Assembly: GCA_003161515.1 (NCBI GenBank)
Contig: PMOH01000316.1
Coordinates: 1,210 to 65,209, forward strand
DNA length: 64,000 nt
Direction of reading: 5' to 3'
Origin: Deltaproteobacteria bacterium
Lineage (GTDB): Bacteria > Desulfobacterota > Binatia > Binatales > Binataceae
Shown piece by piece: positions 48,820-57,611 of the stretch; the stretch's first letter is position 1, and each line of letters starts with the position of its first letter. Under the pieces are notes generated by a model. The model was not told where the DNA came from, searched no databases, and saw only the letters and a program-made list of their open reading frames with translations. Position numbers and translations under genes: made by a program.

Positions 48820-49010
48820 GATTTGTCCTCGATCAGCCGTTTTGGAGTAACATCGATCGAGGCGGGCTCCCTGATGCCGATGACGACGATAAATTTGGCC
48901 GACATAGGATCGGTCGCATCCACCTCGATCCGGTGCATCAGAGTGATCGGTAACTCGTCTTCTAAAAGTTGATGGATAGCCTCTCGTACATCAGCGATCG
49001 TGACAATCAT
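48816..49010 (-). CDS. hypothetical small protein
   Basis: 64 aa, overlap-coupled. Confidence 0.3.
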   Translation of the reverse strand: MIVTIADVREAIHQLLEDELPITLMHRIEVDATDPMSAKFIVVIGIREPASIDVTPKRLIEDKS

Positions 49011-49723
49011 CGCCGGTTCACCGGGGTCTTATCCTTGACGACGTTGATGCCGTCGATCTTGAGCTGACCCTGACTGAGTTGGAACGCGTCGTCGAGCGCC
49101 GATTGGTTGATGAGCAGCAGCGTCATTCGAAGCGCGGGGTTAGCCGCGATCGCGCGCACCGCCTTGTCGAAGTCCTCGACCTCACCCTTCCAGACCGTGC
49201 GATAGGAGATCCCTGGTGTCGACGTCACAGCCGGCGCCGAGACTTGGCGCATGGCCACGGGTGCTGGCTGGGCAGCGAGGTCCCGGGCGGCGGTTTCCTG
49301 TCCCGAGGCGCGTAGCTGAGTGACCTCCGCCTCGCGGGCGGCTTCCAAGGCGATCTGGACGTCCGGGTCGACCGCCGGCGCGGACGCGATCTCCTCGAGT
49401 TCGGTCCACCGCTTCATAATCTTGCGGCAGATTTCCCTGGTGTCGTCGATCGGGTTCAGGATCTTGTTTTCCTGAGCCACGGCCGCCTTCCATGCCGCGT
49501 GCGTGGTTTTCTTGACGTCGGCGCAGAATGCGACTGCCGCCGGGCGTAAGTCCTTGGCGAGCGTGTCGAGGTCGACCGCTTCGAGGTAGGTCTCGATATC
49601 GGGGTCCGCGGCGCGATCGCGGAGTGCTTCGGCCTGCCGGATCAGCTCGTTTGCCTGCAGGTCGACCTTGGGGGATTCGCCCGCGGCTGGAATCAGTTCA
49701 CGCTGCGACGCCGATGCGCTCAT
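49007..49723 (-). CDS. hypothetical protein
   Basis: 238-aa Ala/Glu-rich helical protein. Confidence 0.4.
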   Translation of the reverse strand: MSASASQRELIPAAGESPKVDLQANELIRQAEALRDRAADPDIETYLEAVDLDTLAKDLRPAAVAFCADVKKTTHAAWKAAVAQENKILNPIDDTREICRKIMKRWTELEEIASAPAVDPDVQIALEAAREAEVTQLRASGQETAARDLAAQPAPVAMRQVSAPAVTSTPGISYRTVWKGEVEDFDKAVRAIAANPALRMTLLLINQSALDDAFQLSQGQLKIDGINVVKDKTPVNRR

Positions 49724-49940
49724 ATCGATACCTATTCCTGACTTTGTAGTAAAAGAGCTGGCCCGGCTTTTTGAGCGTCATCAGTTCGCGGAACACCTGC
49801 TCAGGCACGTCGAAGTATTGATAGATCTCCGCCGGCTTGATGCCGTTCTTCGTTTCCTTGGCACGGAATTCTACTTCTAGCGTTCCTGCCTCCCACCCCA
49901 CGGATGCGAGGTCGCTACTTTCGACAGGTATGCGTTTCAT
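49698..49940 (-). CDS. KTSC-domain protein
   Basis: IESSDLASVGWEAGTLEVEF ... YQYFDVPEQVFRELMTLKKPGQ matches the KTSC domain pattern. Confidence 0.5.
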   Translation of the reverse strand: MKRIPVESSDLASVGWEAGTLEVEFRAKETKNGIKPAEIYQYFDVPEQVFRELMTLKKPGQLFYYKVRNRYRYERIGVAA

Positions 49941-49944
49941 TCTG

Positions 49945-50205
49945 TTAGTTACCCCCGATCAGGCGTTCAGGCTCATTTATACAATAGAGCGCTTCGGCGA
50001 GCATGGATTTCACTTGCTCGGGATCCGATTCATTTGGTACCCACAGATGGCTCACCTGCGTTTGCGCGTCCCATGCGAAAATTGCAAACACGCTTCCGTG
50101 CCCCAAACCTTTAACCAATACTTCGCCCGCTCGCTCAAGCGTCGCGTAGGTTTCTTGAATCCCTCGCTCGGTTGCGGCATCGTCCGGGATCTTAGTATCT
50201 GCCAT
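49945..50205 (-). CDS. hypothetical protein
   Basis: 86-aa ORF. Confidence 0.35.
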   Translation of the reverse strand: MADTKIPDDAATERGIQETYATLERAGEVLVKGLGHGSVFAIFAWDAQTQVSHLWVPNESDPEQVKSMLAEALYCINEPERLIGGN

Positions 50206-50863
50206 CGCCGTATAACTCCTTCCTCGCGTACGAGGACTTTACGACCGCGCGGGCCCACTCGTAGTCGCGCACATCGTCCATCCATTCCAAACGCCCCGGC
50301 GAGCCGTCTTCCTTGAGATGCAGCGTCGCGCGCCGGTGCGCCTCCCCCCGCCACGGATAGACTTCGACTGGGAGATAAAGCACACCACGTCGATACAACG
50401 CAGTCTGCAACCGATGCCAACGCTCCTTCTCCCCGGTCTTGAGGTCCAGGACAACCAACCAGTCTTCGATAACGCACAAAAGATCGATCGTGCCGCAATA
50501 GCCGTCTTCGGGATTGAAGAAAATCTGTTCGATGAGCAGCGGCGTGATGCCATTCCGATCGACCGCGAGCTGGCACGACAGGACGAATCCCGCCCAAGCC
50601 GGTGCGCTGTGGAGGGAATCCCAGCGCAACCGGCCCTGTAGGAGCAAAGCGCACGCAGCGTGCACCCAATGCCCTCGGTAAGACAGCTCCTCGCCGCGGT
50701 TCTCGAAGCGCGGATCGCGCGCCGGGCGGTAGGCGAGGAAACTGTAATCGGACCAACCTTCATCGCTCAGAATCTGCGTCACTGACGGATATACAACCCG
50801 ATTGACCTTGTAAGTATGCGTCTCGGCGTCGAAATCGATCTTCATGTGGGCGGGTGTCCCCAT
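50192..50863 (-). CDS. PD-(D/E)XK nuclease (Cas4/RecB-like fold)
   Basis: N-terminal THTYKV...PSVTQIL, the D...DLKTGEK (D-E/D-x-K) core and Y...RGVLY motifs. Confidence 0.5.
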   Translation of the reverse strand: MGTPAHMKIDFDAETHTYKVNRVVYPSVTQILSDEGWSDYSFLAYRPARDPRFENRGEELSYRGHWVHAACALLLQGRLRWDSLHSAPAWAGFVLSCQLAVDRNGITPLLIEQIFFNPEDGYCGTIDLLCVIEDWLVVLDLKTGEKERWHRLQTALYRRGVLYLPVEVYPWRGEAHRRATLHLKEDGSPGRLEWMDDVRDYEWARAVVKSSYARKELYGDGRY

Positions 50864-50943
50864 ACCTATTGCACGGCCTTGGCCTACCCATCAGTACAGG
50901 CAGAGGTTGTTCAGACGCTCCATTAACACCCGCCACTCTTATT

Positions 50944-52356
50944 CTATTTTCCTGCTGCCAGCCGCGTCATCAGCGGCTCGAAAAACTTGATTTTCACAGA
51001 CGCGCTGATGTCGACGCCCGCGACATCTTTGATGATTTTCTTGATCGCACCGATCGCGAGACCGGCCTGCTGGCCCACGGTGAACAGTTGCTTCTGCTGC
51101 TCCTTGGAGATCAGCTTTTCGCCGTCGGCATCCGAGGCGGGCGCAGTCGCTTCCTGCTTAGGAGCTTCCTGTTTCGGAGGTTCCTGCTGCTTGGGCGGCT
51201 CGGCTTTTTTCAGTTCTGCTTTCGGCGCCTCGGCCTTTTCTTTCTCAGGTTCCGGCTTCGCTTCCGACACGCCCTTGTGGCTCTCGAAGATCGCACCCGC
51301 ACGCTCGATGAATTTCGGGAGCTGCCCGCGAGTTAGCTCGAAGGTCTCACCGACCTTGAACTCTTCGAGGATGCCCGCCACTTCAGCCTCGGTGAATCCA
51401 CCGAGCGCCTTCTGTGCGAGCGCGTCCTGCTCGGGCGAGATCTTGGCGTTGGGGTTCGGGCGGTCTTCCGCCAACTTCTCGTCCTTCTTGACCTTCTCGC
51501 CGGTCGCCTCGGGCATCGCGGGCCCGCGCGCCTCGACGCCGGCTTGCGCGGCTGCTTCCTCGTCGCTCAGAGAGCCAGCAGGCAGCAGGTCCGAGAAGAT
51601 CGATTCCTTCGTACTGAAACCGTCCTTGATGGCGTTGTACGCGCCCGCGAGGCGACGCAGCTCGGGTTCCTTGCAGGCTTCGAGATTATGTCCGACGAAC
51701 TTCACGAGCGATTCCTTGGGCACACCGATCACACCGAAGCGTTCGATCGCCTTCGCGATGCGCTCGCTCAAAGGTCCGGCGTTCCTCTGGATCGTCTTTT
51801 TGCACTCGTTCACCGCTTCGTCGACGATATCGCCGGGTATCGCGCGCAGGATGCACGCGCGCAGCCGACGCGATCCCAAGTTGGCGACCATCTCATAGAC
51901 ATCGCGCCCATCGCGCAGCGGCTTGCGGCCGTTCTTGGTATCACGGAAATGCGGCACGACGAACTTTACCGACCAGCGATTGTTCGTCTGGAGATCCCAG
52001 CAGAACGCTTCGACGTCGGACATATTCCCGTGCTGGGCGAGCTCCTGGATGCCGCTGGACATATTGCCCCAGTGGCGCGCGAGGACCTCGGCCAAGCGAA
52101 TCGACGGGCCCTCGATCTCCTCGTCGCCGCGGGGGTATGCGTACAGCGCGTCTTCGGCGAGCCCGAGACGGCGGCACTCCTCGAGGATATTGTCGCGCGC
52201 GACGGCAATCTCGCGCGGGAATCGGCGGGCCATCAGAATCTGACCTTGGACTTCGGCGATTGCGCGCTGCTCATCGGCGCCGGCCATTGCCGAGCGCTCG
52301 CCGCCGCGGTCCGGGTGGATTAGAACTCGATCGTTGCTGTTATCGGACTCAGCCAT
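50944..52356 (-). CDS. putative recombination/ssDNA-annealing protein with Lys/Pro/Glu-rich linker
   Basis: 470 aa. An N-terminal roughly 300-aa globular domain is followed by a KPEPEKEKAEAPKAELKKAEPPKQQEPPKQEAPKQEA linker and a small C-terminal domain. The recombinase assignment is speculative. Confidence 0.3.
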   Translation of the reverse strand: MAESDNSNDRVLIHPDRGGERSAMAGADEQRAIAEVQGQILMARRFPREIAVARDNILEECRRLGLAEDALYAYPRGDEEIEGPSIRLAEVLARHWGNMSSGIQELAQHGNMSDVEAFCWDLQTNNRWSVKFVVPHFRDTKNGRKPLRDGRDVYEMVANLGSRRLRACILRAIPGDIVDEAVNECKKTIQRNAGPLSERIAKAIERFGVIGVPKESLVKFVGHNLEACKEPELRRLAGAYNAIKDGFSTKESIFSDLLPAGSLSDEEAAAQAGVEARGPAMPEATGEKVKKDEKLAEDRPNPNAKISPEQDALAQKALGGFTEAEVAGILEEFKVGETFELTRGQLPKFIERAGAIFESHKGVSEAKPEPEKEKAEAPKAELKKAEPPKQQEPPKQEAPKQEATAPASDADGEKLISKEQQKQLFTVGQQAGLAIGAIKKIIKDVAGVDISASVKIKFFEPLMTRLAAGK

Positions 52357-52368
52357 CTTCCTCTCTCC

Positions 52369-54021
52369 CTAAGCGGCGTGCCGCTTCACGATAATGCTGT
52401 CTTTCATGCCCTCGACGGCCTTGAAACCATTCTTGCCGTCTTTGTAGAGAAACCCTTTGCCGACCAACTCGTTCAGCGGCGGATAGATGTTCGGCGGTGC
52501 CGTCGAGATCCCTCGCGTCTTGAGCAGACTCAGGGTAGCTCCGCCAGTCTGGAAGCTGTCGAAGAATCCTTCATGGATGAGCAGAGCGCAAGCACCGAGC
52601 AGGGTATCCGAGCGCGCCTCGATGGTATGGCGCTGGACCTCGATATGGATTTCCGACTTCGAAGTGATCAGCTTGAGGATGCCGGGCGCTTCCTGTGTGA
52701 GCCGCGCCTTGACCATCTGATAGATGCGCTCGTCGGTCGGCAGGTTGACGTACTTGTCGGCCACGGTGTCGCCGACCTTGAGCGCTGGCGCGGGCGCGAC
52801 GCGCTGCAGGTCGGCGACGATCTCGCGCATCGCGTCGATCTTTTCTTCGAGCCGCTTATTCTCTTCGCGCAGCAGCGCGTTGCTCGTATCGAGGGCCTTC
52901 GCCTCTGCTTCTGTCACGGTCGATTCCTCCTCGTCCAATTGCTCGTCGATGTGGGCCATCGCCGCCACGCTATCTCGTAGTTCATGCTCCTCGTTAAGAA
53001 AGAACGTCTTGGCCTTAACCGGCGGCTCCGGCAACGGCAGCCCGCCGACGGCTACTTCCTGCGCATGATCTTCATCCAGCCATGCCGGTTGCACGTAGAC
53101 TTTGTGGACCTCGCGCCCGAAGCACGCGAAGAATTCGCCCTTGCCGAGTTGCATCACGTCTTCCGCCTTCGGCTTTCCGACGCCAGCGGGGATATGCGAC
53201 AGCGTGCGCTTGACCTCGTTCATCTCGCGTTGCACGCCGAGAATCCACACCTGGCACTGGCGCACGATGTCTTTCTGTATTCCAGCGAGGTCCTGGCTGT
53301 CCAAGTACAAATAGTTTTTCGATGCGCCGCCCTTGCGAATCAGGCTCTCCGCCGCGAGCATCACCGGGCTGCTGCGCTTCTGCGGCAGCATTTCCCATGC
53401 TTCCGGGATGATCGAGATGACCTCGTTCTCGTTCTCGTAGATCCATTCGAGCACGGAGCGAATCACCAACGCTTGAACCTCCGTCGAGTACGCCGCCAGG
53501 TCCATCACGTTGAGGCCGGTCTCCAGTTTGAGGGTTTTCGTATAAGGCAGTCGATCGATCTGGGGGATGACGATCTTCAGATACTCCGAGAGCTGGAGAT
53601 ACATATCGGCTTCGAAGCCGCGTGCCTGCTTCTTCCCGGTGAGGCGCCTTTCGACATTGTTCAGCACACCGGCGAGATTACGCGCGCCACGCGAAGCCTT
53701 GATGATTGAAGCGCGGATGATGCGGTTCTTCTCCCGCATGGTTGCTTCGATGATGGATTCAACGAAGCGCCAATCAGCGCGTTCTTTGAAGTACGGGGGT
53801 AGGCGATGCCCTTCGAGCAACGACCCTTCCGCGCGCTTTGTAACGAATGCGATCGCCCTTCGACCAGAGCGAGCAATCAAACCTTCGAGTGTGGTCGTCT
53901 TGCCTGAGAGTTGGGTGGCACCTGTAACGACGGTATGGCCGACGGGTATCGCGACAGCCGTCCCGGTGCCAATCTCAAACCCGAGATGTATCCCCCAGAT
54001 CGATCGACTGCTAGCGACCAA
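52369..54021 (-). CDS. P-loop ATPase with coiled-coil and C-terminal domain
   Basis: Walker A (GATQLSGKTTT) and a candidate Walker B (LYLDSQD). There is a central coiled coil. The ORF begins with a TTG at 54021, so the true start may be internal. Confidence 0.45.
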   Translation of the reverse strand: MVASSRSIWGIHLGFEIGTGTAVAIPVGHTVVTGATQLSGKTTTLEGLIARSGRRAIAFVTKRAEGSLLEGHRLPPYFKERADWRFVESIIEATMREKNRIIRASIIKASRGARNLAGVLNNVERRLTGKKQARGFEADMYLQLSEYLKIVIPQIDRLPYTKTLKLETGLNVMDLAAYSTEVQALVIRSVLEWIYENENEVISIIPEAWEMLPQKRSSPVMLAAESLIRKGGASKNYLYLDSQDLAGIQKDIVRQCQVWILGVQREMNEVKRTLSHIPAGVGKPKAEDVMQLGKGEFFACFGREVHKVYVQPAWLDEDHAQEVAVGGLPLPEPPVKAKTFFLNEEHELRDSVAAMAHIDEQLDEEESTVTEAEAKALDTSNALLREENKRLEEKIDAMREIVADLQRVAPAPALKVGDTVADKYVNLPTDERIYQMVKARLTQEAPGILKLITSKSEIHIEVQRHTIEARSDTLLGACALLIHEGFFDSFQTGGATLSLLKTRGISTAPPNIYPPLNELVGKGFLYKDGKNGFKAVEGMKDSIIVKRHAA

Positions 54022-54175
54022 GGCTCAATCCTTGTTCCAGGAGCATCTCGATCGTCATTTTGACCGTGCGGCGATTCTCCCTCGCCACCTCGCGGATTTT
54101 TTCCATGAGCGCGCTATCTATCTTGACGCTCTCAGGTGCCCTCTCTAGGGGTTCTTGGGGTTTTACTTTAGCCAT
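54011..54175 (-). CDS. ribbon-helix-helix (Arc/MetJ/CopG-like) DNA-binding protein, repressor candidate
   Basis: 54 aa: MAKVKPQEPLERAPESVKIDSALMEKIREVARENRRTVKMTIEMLLEQGLSLGR. This fits the RHH beta-alpha-alpha pattern. It sits at the strand-switch point and is too short to appear in the ORF track. Confidence 0.4.
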   Translation of the reverse strand: MAKVKPQEPLERAPESVKIDSALMEKIREVARENRRTVKMTIEMLLEQGLSLGR

Positions 54176-54237
54176 TGCGAGTAGAAAATCTATATCGGTG
54201 GTAGACAGAAGTCAAGAGGTGAGTTATATATCCACCA
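54176..54237. promoter_or_regulatory. divergent promoter/operator region
   Basis: AT-rich (GTAGAAAATCTATATCGGTGGTAGACAGAAGTCAAGAGGTGAGTTATATATCC) with TATAT-type -10 candidates on both strands, between the minus and plus blocks. Confidence 0.35.
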
Positions 54238-54455
54238 TGACGCGCGACGAAGGACTCATCCATCAGCTCGCAGAGAGCATCATGTTCCGGCTGGTCCGAC
54301 ACCCGGAGAAGCTGCCGAAGGTGCTCATGTTCGAGACCGACAAGGCCGCCAAGATGTTCATGGATGAGATCCGTAGGATGGTGAGCGAGGCGGGGTTGCC
54401 TAAGGGAACCGTCGACGTCGTGGGAAAACTCGTCAGGAGGAGACCCGGGCATTGA
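54238..54455 (+). CDS. hypothetical small protein
   Basis: 72 aa from the ATG at 54238 (MTRDEGLIHQLAESIMF...). This is the first gene of the plus-strand block. Confidence 0.3.
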
Positions 54456-55183
54456 CGACACCCGAACTTGTAATGGCAGCAAGTGGCATTCTCTTCGGGG
54501 GCGGGGTGCTATTCGCGGAATTTCGACGACGTATAGTCGACGAGAAACAAGAATCTGCGGATAAGCTCGCGCACGTGAAGGAACTCAACGACGCAAAGTT
54601 AGAAGCGGCGAAAAATCATGCGAATCTGTCGGGCAAACTGGATATGGCGGCTCTCCTACAGAGTGTGCAGTTCCAGCACCTTCAAGGTGTCACCAAAACA
54701 GCCGCCGAATCGCCAGCAACCACCATCGAAGTAGCCAACAACACGATTCAATCCCTAAGCAACCAAGTCAAGGAATTGACGGAATACACTCGCCACGTCA
54801 CACATGATCAATTCCGTCGCTTTGGAGAAGCCGTCCCTAACATTTTGGCCCTAGAACGTGGCGACGGCCATGCATACTGGCGGGACTACGCTGGCGTTCG
54901 GATACTCTATTGCCACTACATCGAGTCGATTAACTATGCCCAAGAGCTGATGGGTTTATTCGGGGCCTCAGCGATCACGGTCACTAGTTGGGAAGACAAT
55001 AGCTACGAAGCACTTAATATTGCTGGCCTCAAATTGCTGATCGCCGATCCGGGCAACCCAACAGACAACAATGTCAAGACAATGGCGCTTCTTCGAGCAG
55101 CGGATATTCAATTTGAAGTCGAAAAGCGGGAGACGGACGCCCCCCTTATCTCAACGTTACGCGTCGGTCGGTGCGCGGGATGA
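54452..55183 (+). CDS. membrane-anchored coiled-coil protein
   Basis: Transmembrane segment (VMAASGILFGGGVLFA) followed by a coiled coil. Local GC is lower, so it could be a moron. Confidence 0.4.
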   Translation: MTTPELVMAASGILFGGGVLFAEFRRRIVDEKQESADKLAHVKELNDAKLEAAKNHANLSGKLDMAALLQSVQFQHLQGVTKTAAESPATTIEVANNTIQSLSNQVKELTEYTRHVTHDQFRRFGEAVPNILALERGDGHAYWRDYAGVRILYCHYIESINYAQELMGLFGASAITVTSWEDNSYEALNIAGLKLLIADPGNPTDNNVKTMALLRAADIQFEVEKRETDAPLISTLRVGRCAG

Positions 55184-56028
55184 ACTATCAGCACCTTCGC
55201 GCACTCGTAGTCAACGACTACGCGATCAACAATCAGCGCTCGGATGTATTGAATGCCCGCCTGAAGCACCTCGACGACGCCTTCGCCTTGTCAACAGGCT
55301 CTATCTCGGCTGTGGATATCCAGTCATATACCGCCGGTAGATTAGCTCAAGGTACAGCCCCCGGAACCGTCAACCAAGAGTTAGCTGCGCTGCGCCGGAT
55401 GTTCAGTCTTGCGGTCAAACTCCGTCTGATCACTCTCGATCAAAAGCCTTGGATTCAACTTCTTCGCTTGCGCAACGCGCGCAAAGGCTTCTTCGAGAAA
55501 GACCAGTACGAGAGTGTCAAACGTGCTCTGCCAGAGCCGTATCGCCCGATCGTCACCACGATGTTCATCACGGGTTGGAGATGCCAAGAAGTTTTGTCCC
55601 GGCAGAAAAAGCATCTCGACCTAGCTAATGGATGGTTGCGGCTCGACCCAGGTGAGACCAAAAATGGCGAGGGCCGCGAGTTTCCGCTGACCCGCGATCT
55701 CCGCGCGTGTCTTACTCCGCAGCTCGCGGAAGTCAAGGCTTTTGAGCATCGCACGGGCAGGATCGTGCCGTGGCTTTTCCACAGGGACGGCGAGCGGATC
55801 TGTGGATTCAGGCGCGCTTGGGAGAACGCTTGCAAGCAGGCCGGCGTGCCGGGGCGGATGCTTCACGACTTCCGGAGAACAGCCGTTCGTAACATGGAGC
55901 GGAAAGGTGTCCCGCGCTCGGCCGCGATGAAGATGGTTGGAATGCTGACTGAGTCGATCTATCGTCGCTACGCGATCGTTGATGAGACTGTGCTGAAGGA
56001 GGCCGGCGCTAAGCTGGATGCATTATGA
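55171..56028 (+). CDS. int: tyrosine recombinase (phage integrase family)
   Basis: Catalytic-domain motifs are present (R in ...TGWRCQEV, LHDFRRT with His/Arg, and a terminal ESIYRRYA with the nucleophilic Tyr). At 285 aa it is short, with a core-binding but no arm-binding domain. Confidence 0.7.
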   Translation: MRGMNYQHLRALVVNDYAINNQRSDVLNARLKHLDDAFALSTGSISAVDIQSYTAGRLAQGTAPGTVNQELAALRRMFSLAVKLRLITLDQKPWIQLLRLRNARKGFFEKDQYESVKRALPEPYRPIVTTMFITGWRCQEVLSRQKKHLDLANGWLRLDPGETKNGEGREFPLTRDLRACLTPQLAEVKAFEHRTGRIVPWLFHRDGERICGFRRAWENACKQAGVPGRMLHDFRRTAVRNMERKGVPRSAAMKMVGMLTESIYRRYAIVDETVLKEAGAKLDAL

Positions 56029-56420
56029 TGGCCGAGGCTGACCACAGACTGCTGGCGACGCTGGCCTACCCTGAGTACAAGCCGGGGCAGATGTGCGAAG
56101 ATGTTATGGCTGCCCATCGGCACGAGCCTGTCATCTGCATGAAGCACAATAAGTCTTATCCCCACGAAATCCCGCCGCCTCCCGTAGACACCTATGAGGC
56201 GATGGGGCGGATCATCGCGGCGCTGTTCAAGCGGGGCCTCTACCTAAGCCCTAGTCGTCGTCATTTCCCGGTCTGGACCGGTGTCTGTCTCATGCAAATG
56301 GATAATGACTACCCAGAAGAGCCTGTATTGATCGTGCAGAAATCAATCACCAATTCCACTGACTTCATCGCCGCCGTCTGCGAGGCCGCGTTGCAGGTAC
56401 GGCGCAAGGAGCAGGTATGA
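56025..56420 (+). CDS. hypothetical protein
   Basis: 131 aa, ATGA-coupled. Confidence 0.35.
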   Translation: MMAEADHRLLATLAYPEYKPGQMCEDVMAAHRHEPVICMKHNKSYPHEIPPPPVDTYEAMGRIIAALFKRGLYLSPSRRHFPVWTGVCLMQMDNDYPEEPVLIVQKSITNSTDFIAAVCEAALQVRRKEQV

Positions 56421-56638
56421 ATAGTCATCACCCAAAAGGTTTACGATATACGATGACGATCCTACGGAGCGACGGCACCTACTGGGTCAAGGAGCATGTC
56501 AAACACGTTATCATCAAGCCGGGGTTCGTCGTGGTCTACGAGGGCGAGCATGGCGTGGATCGTGTGCAATCGTGGATACCGAACGAGAGGATCGATCACT
56601 TTACTCTCGAAGAGGAACGCAAGGAACAAAGTAAATGA
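56417..56638 (+). CDS. hypothetical protein
   Basis: 73 aa. Confidence 0.35.
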   Translation: MNSHHPKGLRYTMTILRSDGTYWVKEHVKHVIIKPGFVVVYEGEHGVDRVQSWIPNERIDHFTLEEERKEQSK

Positions 56639-57138
56639 GCGATTACACGAAAGACTTGATTGTAGAAGCTCGTGCTACCTGTGTCCGTGAGCATTCTAAG
56701 GAACCTCACCCCTGTCTGGAGCGGGCGTTGGCACTAGCCCTCGAAGCTGAGTCCGCGAAGGTGAAACGAGTGGAAGCGCTGCAAAAGCAAATGCACGATT
56801 GGAATGCCACCTCTGTAGGCGTCGTTTGGGTACGCGGTTTAGTAGATGTTTGCCTCGCCCCACCGAACAGCGGCGAGCAGGCAATGAGGTGTGAAGTCCT
56901 ACGCGGTTGTGTCGGAGATACAGGTCATTTCGGCGAGCACACGTTCGGGCCATCCACCCCTCCCGCACCCACTGAGGCCGCGACGCGGGAGCACCTAATC
57001 AAGAAAATCAATGCTATTGTCGATCCGTTCTTGTATCTACGGAATATCGACAATACGCGACCTATGGGCACCGGCTCTTGGGAACAGGTGGTCGTAGACT
57101 TAGCCGACGCCATCATCGCAGTAGCGAGGGCCAAATGA
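56635..57138 (+). CDS. hypothetical protein
   Basis: 167 aa. Confidence 0.35.
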   Translation: MSDYTKDLIVEARATCVREHSKEPHPCLERALALALEAESAKVKRVEALQKQMHDWNATSVGVVWVRGLVDVCLAPPNSGEQAMRCEVLRGCVGDTGHFGEHTFGPSTPPAPTEAATREHLIKKINAIVDPFLYLRNIDNTRPMGTGSWEQVVVDLADAIIAVARAK

Positions 57139-57410
57139 GCCAGCTCCGCCGCGAAAGTCGAGAGGACGGTTTCAAGCCTTTCGAGCCTAAGCCCCTTCCC
57201 TCGTCGGCAGTTTTAGCCGCCGTCCGCATAGCTGGTGGCCCCGACAAAGTCGCTGAACTCCTAGGAGTACATCGAAGTCAGGTTTACCGATGGATAAGGG
57301 CGCGGACTATGGCGCGGGCGCGTTATCAGTACGTTGAGACGCTGGCGGATTTGTCCGGCGTCGATATGCGCCTACTAGGCGTGAAAGGCTTGACATCCGC
57401 GCGCGACTGA
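57135..57410 (+). CDS. Cro/YdaS-like HTH DNA-binding protein
   Basis: AGGPDKVAELLGVHRSQVYRWI matches the YdaS/Cro HTH pattern. The ATGA overlap at 57135 couples it to the upstream gene. Confidence 0.45.
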   Translation: MSQLRRESREDGFKPFEPKPLPSSAVLAAVRIAGGPDKVAELLGVHRSQVYRWIRARTMARARYQYVETLADLSGVDMRLLGVKGLTSARD

Positions 57411-57611
57411 GTATCATCGCGGGCAGACTGGCTGATCCCCGGTCATAGGTTCGCGGCGCGCGGCCCGGCTCTGGTTTGTCTCAACCCCAAATCACCCGGC
57501 CGCGATGCCATAGGGTTGAAATGCGGAACGATTCAGACATAGACCCATCACGCGTCGAAAAATCATGGGGTAGTTGCGCCCGCGTGATCCGATCGTGGCG
57601 GAGAGGAGGCG

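Noticed and set aside
50052-50763. Alternative-frame ORFs overlapping the PD-(D/E)XK nuclease gene (50052-50756 and 50239-50763)
   Set aside because: These are Arg/Ala-rich translations typical of off-frame ORFs in GC-rich DNA. The 50192-50863 frame has coherent nuclease motifs.
57420-57545. Possible tRNA or attachment site in the non-coding gap after the Cro-like gene
   Set aside because: I could not fold a cloverleaf with acceptor or anticodon stems by eye. No direct repeat partner was seen elsewhere in the window.
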